Shown: in pieces, positions 1-9,749 of the stretch
Numbering within the stretch: the first letter of the stretch is position 1
How the letters are laid out: each line of letters starts with the position of its first letter
Origin: Caldora sp.
GTDB taxonomy: Bacteria; Cyanobacteriota; Cyanobacteriia; Cyanobacteriales; Coleofasciculaceae
Direction: 5' to 3'
DNA: 64,000 nucleotides
Assembly: GCA_965222765.1 (NCBI GenBank)
Contig: CBDCVG010000043.1
Span: 33,053-97,052 of the forward strand
Notes under the pieces: generated by a model
What the model was told of the DNA's origin: nothing
Seen by the model: only the letters and a program-made list of their open reading frames with translations
Database searches by the model: none
Position numbers and translations under genes: made by a program

Positions 1-377
1 TGGATGAAAACGGGGATCCTTATCAAATTCGGTATAACCACAATACACGGATACCTCTAGAGGTTTCTTTCGATAAGATTCATGACTTATTGGCAGCCTA
101 TAGGCGATTCTCTCAACTGTTGCAAGATCCTGAATATAATGCCAAGTTTTTGTTGACTCCAGGAAAGGTATTGGTAGTTGACAACTGGCGAGTTCTTCAC
201 GGAAGAACAGGGATTTGGAATCCGAATCTACAACGAATTTTGTTGGGAGCCTATGTAGAAGAGGAAAGCTTCCGGTGTAGACGGCGGATTTTATTGGGGG
301 ACAAAACTGGGATGTCAGATTTGTGGTTAATGGGATGCTCAGATCGTGCTCTAGAAATCCTGGGCGATCGATATTAG
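1..377 (+). CDS. TauD/TfdA-family Fe(II)/2-oxoglutarate dioxygenase, C-terminal part (5' end lies outside the window)
   Basis: Reading frame is open from nt 3 (DENGDPYQIRYNHNTR...), so the listed ORF at 90 is an internal TTG. Motif VVDNWRVLHGR is characteristic of the TauD/TfdA/gamma-butyrobetaine hydroxylase C-terminus. Confidence 0.55.
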   Translation, partial: DENGDPYQIRYNHNTRIPLEVSFDKIHDLLAAYRRFSQLLQDPEYNAKFLLTPGKVLVVDNWRVLHGRTGIWNPNLQRILLGAYVEEESFRCRRRILLGDKTGMSDLWLMGCSDRALEILGDRY

Positions 378-552
378 GGACTTCCTAATCAAGGGACTTG
401 CACAAAAATAATCCAGAGTAGCCTGACCTATAAAAGCTCTTTTTTAGCAAGTCCCTTAGGGAATACATTCTGGCAATCGGGTTTTTGAAGGGAATCACAA
501 AATCACAAAGTTCACAAAGGTAGGTTAAGCTAAGACTAACACCTAACACCTA

Positions 553-3500
553 TTAAAATCTCATTTCGTACCTAACTTTTACTTCATTGAAAAAGTAATC
601 GTAGGAGATACCAACAAAGGCATCTTCTCCTACCTGATAAATACCTTCGGCAATGGGTAAGACTCGCAAATCACTCAAGCCGATGGTTTTGCCTACTGAA
701 CTCACGGATTCTTCAAAGATAAATGAGATATCCCTTAACAAGGGTCTGACGACAAACCGCGTTACGGCAAATCCTAACAGTTGATTGACTATATCTCCAT
801 CTTCTGAACTTTGCTGTATTCCCTGTAAAGTAGAAAGTAAGTTGTTACCTAGCAAGGCGGTAATTTCTGTTTCACTGAGGGAGGGAATACTGGTGAGGGT
901 AACTAAGGAAGAGTTGAGTAGCTGGATGTTGGCTTTGTCTCCTAGATAGGCATATTGTAAACAGCTCTCAAGTTGTTGTAACTCTGCTGGAGAATAGTAA
1001 CTTCCTCCTTCAACAGTCGGATTAATAATATTGTCGGTAATCTGGCAACTACCAGATTGATCTTCATCTAATGCCAGTAATGCCAACAATTGTTTTCCTT
1101 CTCCTTGAATATTAAGATTAACTTTAATTTGTTGGGGTCTGGCTAGTACTAATTGGCTCGTATCGCGGATCTCGTTACGATTACCAAACTCTTCTCTTTC
1201 TAGAAAATTTTGACTACCAGAAGGATCAACAACTACTGCTCCTAATTGGAGATCTATATTAGGATTGAGTAGTCCCTTGTTGGGGGTAAAGGCAATCTCT
1301 TGGCTAACTTCCGGATTACGGGTAACGTGAAACTCGTTGTCGAATAGTTCTACATATCCCCGCCGCAGTTTAATTGTCCCTGCTGGCTCTAATTTCTCTG
1401 GTTCTAATAAGGGACCATTTAAATTTAAACCACCAGTAAAGTGGAATTTAGCAACAAGCAGAGGTTGAATTTTTAAGCCATCCCCCAGTACTAACTGAAA
1501 GTCTTTAAAACTCGGGGTGAGAGCTAAGCCAGCAAGAGGTGAAGCATTGCTATTTTGCTGGCTAACTCCAGTATTTGAAGCAGTAAGGATGGTATCTTTA
1601 GTTTCCTTCTTCTCAGTGATAAACTTAGGGATGAATACCTGACCATGTTCTAAGCGCAGTTCTCCTCCAATTTCTGGCTCTCTTAGTGCTGTACCTGTTA
1701 AGATTACTTCCCCTGCAACATCACCTTTGTACAAATCTTTTAAATTAATTTGACCAGGGGCGATCGCAATTGTGAGAGGATTGGATGAGTCTGGGTCATT
1801 AGTACTGAGAGGTTCCAATAGGGGTAGAACTCCGGCAATGGAAAACTCACTCTCGGCTAAGTTACCTTCAAGTTGCTCTACGGAAATCTGTTGATTGCTC
1901 AGATTTACCTTACCATTGAGCTGGAGTTTTTCGCAGAATTGGTTACTTTTGAAAGTAACGTCATTGAAGCTAATTCCACCGGTAGCAACTAAATCCTGCA
2001 ACTGTAACTGTTCAGCTAGTTTTAAACGTCCACTAGCTTGTAACTCTAGCTCAGTTTCACCCTGCTCCCACTCTACTAATCCTTGGGTAAATAACCCAAT
2101 CAGGGCGATCGCATCAGTGCCTAGCTTAGCATCTAGATGAAAGCGATCGCTAATTCTTGGTACAATGGGGAATGGTAATTGTCCTTGAGCTTGTATACTG
2201 GAGGGCTGGATAGTATTAAAGTTAAGCTGGAAATTGCCATAGCTAAATTGACTTTTGATATCCTCTAAAGGTTGATTATTAACCGTGGCATCCTCTAAAG
2301 AAATTTCCCCTGCTTGAATCTGGAGAGTAGCCAACTTACCTTCTAAACTACCTCCTAAAGAACCACTCACGTTGAGCTTACCTTGGATGTTATCGGGAAT
2401 CGTGACAAAGTGGCGCAGGGTATCCAAGGAGAGATTTTTGACGAGGAAAACTCCTGCTTCTTTGGCTAGAGAAAGTTGTCCTTGATAAGAGAGTAGCGCA
2501 TCTTCAACTTCAACTTGCACTGGTTCGAGGTTGAGTAAGCCTCTTTTTAGATCAATACTTCCCTTAGCAATTAGTTGATCTATATTAATTGTTGTTGGTT
2601 GTTGGTTATTGGTTGTTGGTTGTTGGTTATTGGTTGTTGGTTGTTGGTTATTGGTTGTTGGTTGTTGGTTGTCTGCAACTTCTATAACTGTGGGCTGGGT
2701 ATGCCATACCCAATCATTACCTTGGAGATTGAAGTTAATTTGGGGTTGTTCTAAGTTACCAGCTAAGGTGATTTCTCCGATATAACCCCCCTTGATATCC
2801 AGTTGGCTAGGAATTCCTGGTTCCCCTGCTTTAGCTGCTAACTGTTGCAATTGCATCTCAATTGCTGCTAATAGCTTCAACCTCTCAGCTAGGGAAGCAT
2901 TAGGTGAACCTACTCTTGGCAAAGGTTGCAAATCCACTGCCTTACCCTCAGGGGTTTTAATTCCTCTGGCTAGATCCTGGAAATTAAACCATCCTACAGT
3001 AGTTAGCAGGTCTTCCACATAGCCTTGGGCAATATCAATTTTGCCGTTGAGAGCGCCGGAGTTAAGATTTAAGCCAGCTTCTAGATTGTAGAGACTTTTT
3101 CCCAAAACTAAGGAAGCTTCTGTCAGCTTGGCAATACCATCTCGGTAAGAAAAACCACCAATAAAGTTTTCTGCTTGCAGGTAACCCAGAGCTGGCTTCT
3201 GGATTTCCACCTTACCAGTAGTTGCGAGAGTGAAGAGATTAAGCTCCAGATTCCCTGTTACTTGACCCGCTATTGGAGATGATATACCCACTGGGACAGC
3301 AGGAGCAATATTGAGTAGAGCTAAAGGAAATTCTTGTACTGAGACATCGAAAACTTCACCTCGGCGTTTACCAAGAGCCACAACAGAGTTTTCTCCCACT
3401 CCCTGGCGAAATTCCAAGGAGGTGGGAAGGTAGGGAAATTGACAGCGTCTACTAGTACAAGGTTCTAAACCAGCAGCAATGACATCGGTAGTTCCCCGCA

Positions 3501-6500
3501 AATCAATAGCTACTGCCTTCCCTGTCTGTACTTTCACTTCCCCTGCCATTAAGGGATTGAATATTAAATCATTGATGGCAAAATCCCTGAGTTGTAGTTT
3601 CCCTAATAAATTCAAGTTACCAGGAGCCAAGGGATCTGACAGTAAATTGGCACCCTTGAAGCTACCCTGAAAATTTCCTCTGCCAGCTACTTGGATTTCC
3701 CTCGGCAAAAACTCTGGATTCAATGACTGCTGAGCTGCAACCACCTGAGTTATCAGCCGACTTACTGGCAAGGCATTGGTGTCATAATCTAAGTTTCTGA
3801 TATTCAGGTCTAAGTTAGCAACTTCGGGAATAGTAGCAAGGCGGGAAAGGAGAATGTTACCCTGAGCATCTAAGGATTGCTCTCCCAACTGCACCACTAG
3901 TTGGTTGGCTTGGATAGCAGCAGCAGGATTGATTTGGAGTAAGGGTTGAAGCGCTCCCGATAAGTCTAATTTAGCATCTAAGGTCAGTTGTTCAGGTTTA
4001 AAGGAAGCAAGTAGAGGTTCCTCAGCCACTCCCAACTGATACATGACTTCTAAGGTATTGATGTTAGCAGCTGCAATCTTAGTTTGCCACTGACCATTAT
4101 TTAAGCTACCCCTAACTTGAGCAGTACCATCTGCTCCATCCAGCTCGCCAGCAAAGGTAGCATCAAAGCTGCTCAAATCCCGTTTTTGGTTAAATGCCAG
4201 TAGCTCATCCACTGCACCAGACAACTTTATATTACCTCCCTGAAGAGCAACAGGAACGGGTAATTTAAGCAAATTGTTCAATTGAATACCAGAAGCTCTA
4301 GCTTCAGCGGCTAAAGTACCAGTCTTTAACTCCCCAGTTGCATTTACAGTACCTTCATCCACTCCCAACAAGCCAGCAAAAGTAGTCTCCAACTGACTCA
4401 AGTCTTCAATGGAGCGTACTGCAAGTAACTCATCAACAGAAGTGGAAACTGTAGCATGACCTTCCTGTAGAGCCACCGTTACTGGTAACTGAGGAATTAA
4501 AGGATTGATGGCAATATCAGCAGCTTTCCCTTGAGCTACTAGAGTACCACCCTTGAACTCTCCACTGGCATTAACTCTACCTCCATCTACTCCCAGTAAT
4601 CCAGCAAAAGTTCCATTGACGTTACTCAAGTCTTCAATGGAGCGTACTGCGAGTAACTCATCAACAGAAGTAGCAACTGTAGCGTTACCTTCCTGCAAAG
4701 CAACCGTTACCGGTAACTGAGGTACAAACTTATTTAATTGAATATCAGCAGCTTTCCCTTGAGCTACTAAAGTACCAGCCTTGAACTCTCCACTGGCATT
4801 AACTTTACCTCCATCTACTCCCAGTAATCCAGCAAAAGTACCATTGACGTTACTCAAATTATCAACGGAGCGTACTGCGAGTAACTCATCAATAGAAGTA
4901 GAAACTGTGGCGTTACCTTCCTGCAAAGCAACCGTTACCGGTAACTGAGGTACAAACTTATTTAATTGAATATCAGCAGCTTTCCCTTGAGCTACTAAAG
5001 TACCAGCCTTGAACTCTCCACTGGCATTAACTTTACCTCCATCTACTCCCAGTAATCCAGCAAAAGTACCATTGACGTTACTCAAATCATCAACGGAGCG
5101 TACTGCGAGTAACTCATCAACAGAAGTGGCAACTGTAGCGTTACCTTCCTGCAAAGCAACCGTTACCGGTAACTGAGGCACAAACTTATTTAATTGAATA
5201 TCAGCAGCTTTCCCTTGAGCTACTAAAGTACCAGCCTTGAACTCTCCACTGGCATTAACTTTACCTCCATCTACTCCCAGTAATCCAACAAAGGTTCCAT
5301 TGACGTTACTCAAATCATCAACGGAGCGTACTGCAAGTAACTCATCAACAGAAGTAGAAACTGTGGCGTTACCTTCCTGCAAAGCAACTGTTACTGGTAA
5401 CTGAGGTACAAACTTATTTAATTGAATACCAAAGGCTCTCGCCTCCGCTGCCACAGCACCAGCTTGTAAACTAGCATTGCTATTAACCCTACCCCCTTCT
5501 ACATCCAACTGAAGGTTGGTTGAAGCTTTGATAGTGGCTGGATCTAAGGAATTTAACTTACCTGAGGCATTAATTATTCCCCTTGCCAACTGCCCTGATA
5601 CTGGTAAAAATGGGTCTAATAGTATAGATCTAGCCTGAAGGGATGTCTGCCAATTTTGAGTTTTGAGATTCCCAGTACCAGTAACCATAACAGTACCTTC
5701 CCCTGCTTGCAACTTGGTGTTCAGGATACGAATTTTTTGGTTGCTCAGGATGATTTCACCTGCACCAGTAATATTTAAGGGAGTAGTACCTTTAGTAAAG
5801 GAGACGAAGTTGGGGACTAGGGATCGAGCTCTTGGTATTTTCCAAGTGAGCTTAGCTGAAGGGTTTTCCAGAGTGCCTTGGAGCTTACCTTGGGAAGTGA
5901 GGGTACCGATAGTAATTTCTGATGGTAAGCCATAGGATTTTGCTAGCACTGCATCCACCGGTAGGGAGGTATCAAAATCCAACTCAAGCTTTAGCTGTTT
6001 ATCCTTCGGTAAGGGTTTTTGTTTATCCTTCGGTAAAGGTTTTTCTGCTTCAGCCGCTGAGGCTTTTTCTTGCAGGTACTCAACAAATCCCTGCTTGCTT
6101 TTGACTTTACCACTAGCCTTAAATTCACCCCCTGCTGTTGGTTTCACTGATAAAGATTTAAGCTGAAACTCACTAGGGTTAGCAGCAAAGTCAGCCTTAA
6201 TCCGGGAAAACTTTACTTTATCGATACGGGTAGTTTTGGTGTTGCGAATTTTCCCTATAAGTTCTGGCTTATCGAAGGAACCCTTGAGAGCCAGTTTAGC
6301 TTGCATTTCCCCAGCTATGTCTACCGGCAATTGTACAGATATAGTTTGGAAGAGATTAGATAAACTCAAAGGTTGAAGCTCTAGATTCAAGTCCAACCCT
6401 TTTTTTCCATCAACGATACCGGAGACTAGAGTGGTAATATTTCCATAACTACCCTGAGTGTCTTCAATACTTATCTTCTGTCCCTGAAAGCGCAACAATG

Positions 6501-7455
6501 CCTGAGCCTTTACAACATTATCTAACTGCTCGGCTTCTACTTCAATTCCCTGCAAGCCAAGTACTCCCCACACTTCAGGCAGCTTTTTCTCTGATATTTC
6601 TGGCAAATTGGTAGGCAGTTCTTGGAATTCTGGGAGTTTAAGCTTCAGATTAGCATTGAGTTGGCCCTCTTTAACTTTAATGGGGGAAGAGGGTATCAGG
6701 GAAGCTAAAACTGGTAAGGGTAAATCTTGTACCCGAACAACAGCTTTAGTTTTACCAGTTTCTTTGAGCGTCTCACCATTGATACGCACCTTACCTGTAG
6801 CAATATCGGCAGCGATATCATACTTTAACTGTTGGGGACGGTTTGTTTCAGCGAGGAAGTTAACTTTACCATCGAATTCCACAGCGATGGGAGTAGTTGC
6901 CCCATAAGGTAGAATGGCAATTTGACTCTCGCTAAGATCAACATCAATATCTACAGGAATTGGAGACTCGAATTCCTCTTCACCCTGCTCCAAATTAACC
7001 CATTTTCCCTGCTCAGCTTCATCTACATAAGCATCCACTTCCCCTAAGGTGATTTTGATAGGTAAAGGGCGTCCTGTAATTAATGGTAAGGGATTCCAAT
7101 TAACCTTGATCGACTCCACAGAAACAGTATCAGCATCATCAGGAGTCGAGGGAATAAAACTAGAACCAAGTTGAATACCACTAAGGGAAAAGCTTTCAAC
7201 TTCTCCCACCCTCACTTCCCGTTGGAGGAGCTTGCTGAGTTCAGTTTCCATCAGGGAAGATAAGTTTTGATAAATCCATACCTGTACTCCAATGTATCCC
7301 ACTCCACCAATAGTAAGGCTGGTAACGCCAAAAATCATGGTAGAAGGGCGCCTCAACCACCTCGTCAGGCGAGTGAGAGGATTGATGTTTTGATGGGGAT
7401 TAGGTTCGGGTGGAGTATTGGGGGGGGGATTAGTCATTTGGCACCACTGCAACAA
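553..7455 (-). CDS. tamB: Giant TamB/Tic236-like translocation-and-assembly-module protein (AsmA-like N-terminal signal anchor, beta-helical repeats, DUF490-like C-terminus)
   Basis: 2300 aa. Single N-terminal TM helix (MIFGVTSLTIGGVGYIGVQVWIY), long G/N/L/T-rich beta-strand-like repeats, C-terminal region ending ...YDYFFNEVKVRYEMRF. Size and architecture match cyanobacterial TamB homologues. Confidence 0.65.
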   Translation of the reverse strand: MLQWCQMTNPPPNTPPEPNPHQNINPLTRLTRWLRRPSTMIFGVTSLTIGGVGYIGVQVWIYQNLSSLMETELSKLLQREVRVGEVESFSLSGIQLGSSFIPSTPDDADTVSVESIKVNWNPLPLITGRPLPIKITLGEVDAYVDEAEQGKWVNLEQGEEEFESPIPVDIDVDLSESQIAILPYGATTPIAVEFDGKVNFLAETNRPQQLKYDIAADIATGKVRINGETLKETGKTKAVVRVQDLPLPVLASLIPSSPIKVKEGQLNANLKLKLPEFQELPTNLPEISEKKLPEVWGVLGLQGIEVEAEQLDNVVKAQALLRFQGQKISIEDTQGSYGNITTLVSGIVDGKKGLDLNLELQPLSLSNLFQTISVQLPVDIAGEMQAKLALKGSFDKPELIGKIRNTKTTRIDKVKFSRIKADFAANPSEFQLKSLSVKPTAGGEFKASGKVKSKQGFVEYLQEKASAAEAEKPLPKDKQKPLPKDKQLKLELDFDTSLPVDAVLAKSYGLPSEITIGTLTSQGKLQGTLENPSAKLTWKIPRARSLVPNFVSFTKGTTPLNITGAGEIILSNQKIRILNTKLQAGEGTVMVTGTGNLKTQNWQTSLQARSILLDPFLPVSGQLARGIINASGKLNSLDPATIKASTNLQLDVEGGRVNSNASLQAGAVAAEARAFGIQLNKFVPQLPVTVALQEGNATVSTSVDELLAVRSVDDLSNVNGTFVGLLGVDGGKVNASGEFKAGTLVAQGKAADIQLNKFVPQLPVTVALQEGNATVATSVDELLAVRSVDDLSNVNGTFAGLLGVDGGKVNASGEFKAGTLVAQGKAADIQLNKFVPQLPVTVALQEGNATVSTSIDELLAVRSVDNLSNVNGTFAGLLGVDGGKVNASGEFKAGTLVAQGKAADIQLNKFVPQLPVTVALQEGNATVATSVDELLAVRSIEDLSNVNGTFAGLLGVDGGRVNASGEFKGGTLVAQGKAADIAINPLIPQLPVTVALQEGHATVSTSVDELLAVRSIEDLSQLETTFAGLLGVDEGTVNATGELKTGTLAAEARASGIQLNNLLKLPVPVALQGGNIKLSGAVDELLAFNQKRDLSSFDATFAGELDGADGTAQVRGSLNNGQWQTKIAAANINTLEVMYQLGVAEEPLLASFKPEQLTLDAKLDLSGALQPLLQINPAAAIQANQLVVQLGEQSLDAQGNILLSRLATIPEVANLDLNIRNLDYDTNALPVSRLITQVVAAQQSLNPEFLPREIQVAGRGNFQGSFKGANLLSDPLAPGNLNLLGKLQLRDFAINDLIFNPLMAGEVKVQTGKAVAIDLRGTTDVIAAGLEPCTSRRCQFPYLPTSLEFRQGVGENSVVALGKRRGEVFDVSVQEFPLALLNIAPAVPVGISSPIAGQVTGNLELNLFTLATTGKVEIQKPALGYLQAENFIGGFSYRDGIAKLTEASLVLGKSLYNLEAGLNLNSGALNGKIDIAQGYVEDLLTTVGWFNFQDLARGIKTPEGKAVDLQPLPRVGSPNASLAERLKLLAAIEMQLQQLAAKAGEPGIPSQLDIKGGYIGEITLAGNLEQPQINFNLQGNDWVWHTQPTVIEVADNQQPTTNNQQPTTNNQQPTTNNQQPTTINIDQLIAKGSIDLKRGLLNLEPVQVEVEDALLSYQGQLSLAKEAGVFLVKNLSLDTLRHFVTIPDNIQGKLNVSGSLGGSLEGKLATLQIQAGEISLEDATVNNQPLEDIKSQFSYGNFQLNFNTIQPSSIQAQGQLPFPIVPRISDRFHLDAKLGTDAIALIGLFTQGLVEWEQGETELELQASGRLKLAEQLQLQDLVATGGISFNDVTFKSNQFCEKLQLNGKVNLSNQQISVEQLEGNLAESEFSIAGVLPLLEPLSTNDPDSSNPLTIAIAPGQINLKDLYKGDVAGEVILTGTALREPEIGGELRLEHGQVFIPKFITEKKETKDTILTASNTGVSQQNSNASPLAGLALTPSFKDFQLVLGDGLKIQPLLVAKFHFTGGLNLNGPLLEPEKLEPAGTIKLRRGYVELFDNEFHVTRNPEVSQEIAFTPNKGLLNPNIDLQLGAVVVDPSGSQNFLEREEFGNRNEIRDTSQLVLARPQQIKVNLNIQGEGKQLLALLALDEDQSGSCQITDNIINPTVEGGSYYSPAELQQLESCLQYAYLGDKANIQLLNSSLVTLTSIPSLSETEITALLGNNLLSTLQGIQQSSEDGDIVNQLLGFAVTRFVVRPLLRDISFIFEESVSSVGKTIGLSDLRVLPIAEGIYQVGEDAFVGISYDYFFNEVKVRYEMRF
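2590..2672. repeat. In-frame 21-bp tandem repeat (ttggttgttggttattggttg x4) encoding (NNQQPTT)4 inside tamB
   Basis: Direct reading of the DNA. Translation of the minus strand gives QPTTNNQQPTTNNQQPTTNNQQPTT. Confidence 0.9.
4400..5450. repeat. 228-bp tandem repeat, at least 4 near-identical copies plus diverged flanking copies, encoding a 76-aa module inside tamB
   Basis: Protein shows AADIQLNKFVPQLPVTVALQEGNATV[S/A]TSVDELLAVRSVDDLSNVNGTFAGLLGVDGGKVNASGEFKAGTLVAQGK repeated. The DNA copies (e.g. gcgtactgcgagtaactcatcaa... recurring every 228 nt) are about 95-99% identical. Confidence 0.85.
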
Positions 7456-7496
7456 GCTAGAGTGTTTTGGTGTATCAAACTATTGTGGTGAAAAAT

Positions 7497-7592
7497 TTGG
7501 GAATTGGGAATTGGGAATTGCTAATTGGGAATTTCTCCCTTATCTCCCCATCTCTCCCAGCTCCCCCAGCTCCCTCAGCTCCCTCAGCTCGG
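7497..7592. repeat. STRR heptamer array (GGGAATT) followed by a cagctccct-type short repeat, intergenic
   Basis: gaattgggaattgggaattgctaattgggaatt ... ctcccagctcccccagctccctcagctccctcagctc. Confidence 0.9.
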
Positions 7593-7692
7593 TGTCTCAA
7601 GCCAAAGGAAGCTTTACCCTTCAGACTTCAAAGTCCCTAGAGCAGCGCGGCGGCAATAACCCAAAGCGTGACAAAAGCTTCAAGAGCTTACC

Positions 7693-9585
7693 CTACAAGC
7701 TTTCTTCTCTCCTGCCTCCTGCTTCCTGACTTCTGCCTTCTGGCACTAGTTTCTGAGAAAACTTTTCCAGTACTACTCGATCCCCTCCTTCGGCTTTAGC
7801 TTTATATAGTGCATTGTTAGTCGCATCTATCAGCATTTTAGGGGAAGACTCTAGAGTAGGAACAATGCTAGTTACGCCTAAACTTAAAGTGATATACCGA
7901 TTCACTGGAGAACTGAAATTGGCTAATTTCAACCGCTTAACAATTCCCCGCATCTTTTGAGCAATCCAAACTCCCCCAGGAGCATTGGTATTAGGCAAAA
8001 TTACCCCAAACTCCTGCTCACCGTAGCGAGCTACTAAATCCGTTGGGTGCTCAACTGCTTGGCGAATAGCACTGGCAACTTGTCGCAAACAATCATCCCG
8101 AGCTTGATTGCCATAGGTGTCGTTAAATTCCCGGAAAAAGTCAATATCCGAGACAATTAAAGCGATAGGAGACTGCTCTTGTGCCAATCTCCGCCACTCC
8201 CAGTCTAGATAGCCTTCAAACCAACTGCGATTGGCTAGCTGGGTTAAACCATCTACACAGGTAAGGTACTGTAATTGTTGGTTAGCTTGCTCCAGCTTTT
8301 GAACCAGTTCGGCTTTATCAATGGCAACACCAACTTGGTTTGCTAGTTGTTTGAGTAATTCAACCTGCCACTGTGACCATTTTCGAGGTGCAGTACAATG
8401 ATGGCAAATCAATAATCCCCACAAGTGTTCGCCTGTTAGCAGGGGAACCACAACTTTTGCTCTAATACTGAAGAATTCTAGAAACCTCAGCTGTCCTTGC
8501 TTGAGATCCGCTTTGTAGGTATCCTCGATGATGCGAACCTCTCCTTGCTGGTACTGAGTAAGGTAATTGGGATCGGCAATCCAGGGATCACGACCCTCCC
8601 ATCCTAGCAGGCAAAGCAAATCAGCTGCCACTGACTCCGCTACGACTAAACCATTGCCATCTGAACTAAAGCGATAAATAACTACCTGATCATTCTCCAG
8701 CAACTGACGCACTTGAGTTACTGTAGTGTTAAGAATTTCTTCTAGGTTCAAAGACTGGCGAAGGCGTTGGGAAAAGGCTGCAACTAACTTCTCTTGCTCT
8801 CGCCATTGCTGCTGGATTTCCTGTGCCTGTTGCTGTTGAGTTATGTCCTGAATAACAATTATGCTGCCAATAGCTTTACCTTCATTATTGGTGATGGGAG
8901 TAGCTACACTATTAATCGGTATTTCTTTGCCATTGATGGTTCTTAACAGGTAATGATTTGACAAATTAATTTTGATACCCTTTTGCATTACCTCCATCAG
9001 GGGGTTCTTGATTTTTTTGTGAGTTTGGGCCTGAATAAAAGTCAAAACTTGATTGGTATCTTTACCTAAAACCTCTGTTAGAGACCAACCGGTGAGAGAC
9101 TCGGCAGCCTCATTCATAGATAAAATGCAGCCCCGATGGTCAGTAACAATGGTTGCTTCTCCTATACTAATGAGAGTGTTAACAATTTGTTCTTTAGTTT
9201 CTTGGGAGTGCTTCTCTAACTGATGTCGGCGCAGAGCGATTTCGATGGTTGTCTGTAACTGTTGCTCCTGAAAAGGCTTGACAAGATAGCCATAGGGATT
9301 AGTTCTAATAGCTCGCTGCCAGGTATGTTCATCAGCATGAGCTGTTAGATAGATAATTGGGATATTAAAGCGATCGCGGATTTGTTCAGCAGCGGTGATG
9401 CCATCCATCTCATCTTCGAGGCGAATATCCATTAGTACCAGATCTGGTTTGAGAGCAGCAGGAATTTGAATCGCTTCTGCACCAGAAGTGACATTTGCCA
9501 CCACTTTGTACCCTAATTCTTCTAAGGTTTCTTGAATATCCCAGGCAACAACGCTTTCATCTTCTACAATTAATATTTTGCTCAT
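7693..9585 (-). CDS. Response-regulator receiver + PAS + GAF + GGDEF-like domain protein (GGDEF motif degenerate: RYGEQEF)
   Basis: N-terminus KILIVEDESVV...DLVLMDIRL (CheY-like REC). PAS/GAF core. C-terminus has ...GEQEFGVILPNT in the position of the GG(D/E)EF motif. Confidence 0.7.
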   Translation of the reverse strand: MSKILIVEDESVVAWDIQETLEELGYKVVANVTSGAEAIQIPAALKPDLVLMDIRLEDEMDGITAAEQIRDRFNIPIIYLTAHADEHTWQRAIRTNPYGYLVKPFQEQQLQTTIEIALRRHQLEKHSQETKEQIVNTLISIGEATIVTDHRGCILSMNEAAESLTGWSLTEVLGKDTNQVLTFIQAQTHKKIKNPLMEVMQKGIKINLSNHYLLRTINGKEIPINSVATPITNNEGKAIGSIIVIQDITQQQQAQEIQQQWREQEKLVAAFSQRLRQSLNLEEILNTTVTQVRQLLENDQVVIYRFSSDGNGLVVAESVAADLLCLLGWEGRDPWIADPNYLTQYQQGEVRIIEDTYKADLKQGQLRFLEFFSIRAKVVVPLLTGEHLWGLLICHHCTAPRKWSQWQVELLKQLANQVGVAIDKAELVQKLEQANQQLQYLTCVDGLTQLANRSWFEGYLDWEWRRLAQEQSPIALIVSDIDFFREFNDTYGNQARDDCLRQVASAIRQAVEHPTDLVARYGEQEFGVILPNTNAPGGVWIAQKMRGIVKRLKLANFSSPVNRYITLSLGVTSIVPTLESSPKMLIDATNNALYKAKAEGGDRVVLEKFSQKLVPEGRSQEAGGRREESL

Positions 9586-9589
9586 GATT

Positions 9590-9640
9590 TATTGTTAATT
9601 GCTAATTGTTAATTGTTAATTGTTAATTGTTAATTGTTGA
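9590..9640. repeat. STRR heptamer array (TTAATTG x7)
   Basis: ttgttaattgctaattgttaattgttaattgttaattgttaattgttga. Confidence 0.9.
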
Positions 9641-9749
9641 TAGTAATATTATCTCTTCCTAGGAAAATCGGAAATATGCTCTAAACCCTTCATATATTTT
9701 CTTAGCTTTTCTTTATAAAGATTACAATTCTACATCTACAGACTTCCAT

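Noticed and set aside
1895-6907. Several 60-100-aa + strand ORFs inside the tamB region
   Set aside because: They are antisense to a long, clearly coding gene and are themselves low-complexity, repeat-encoded translations.
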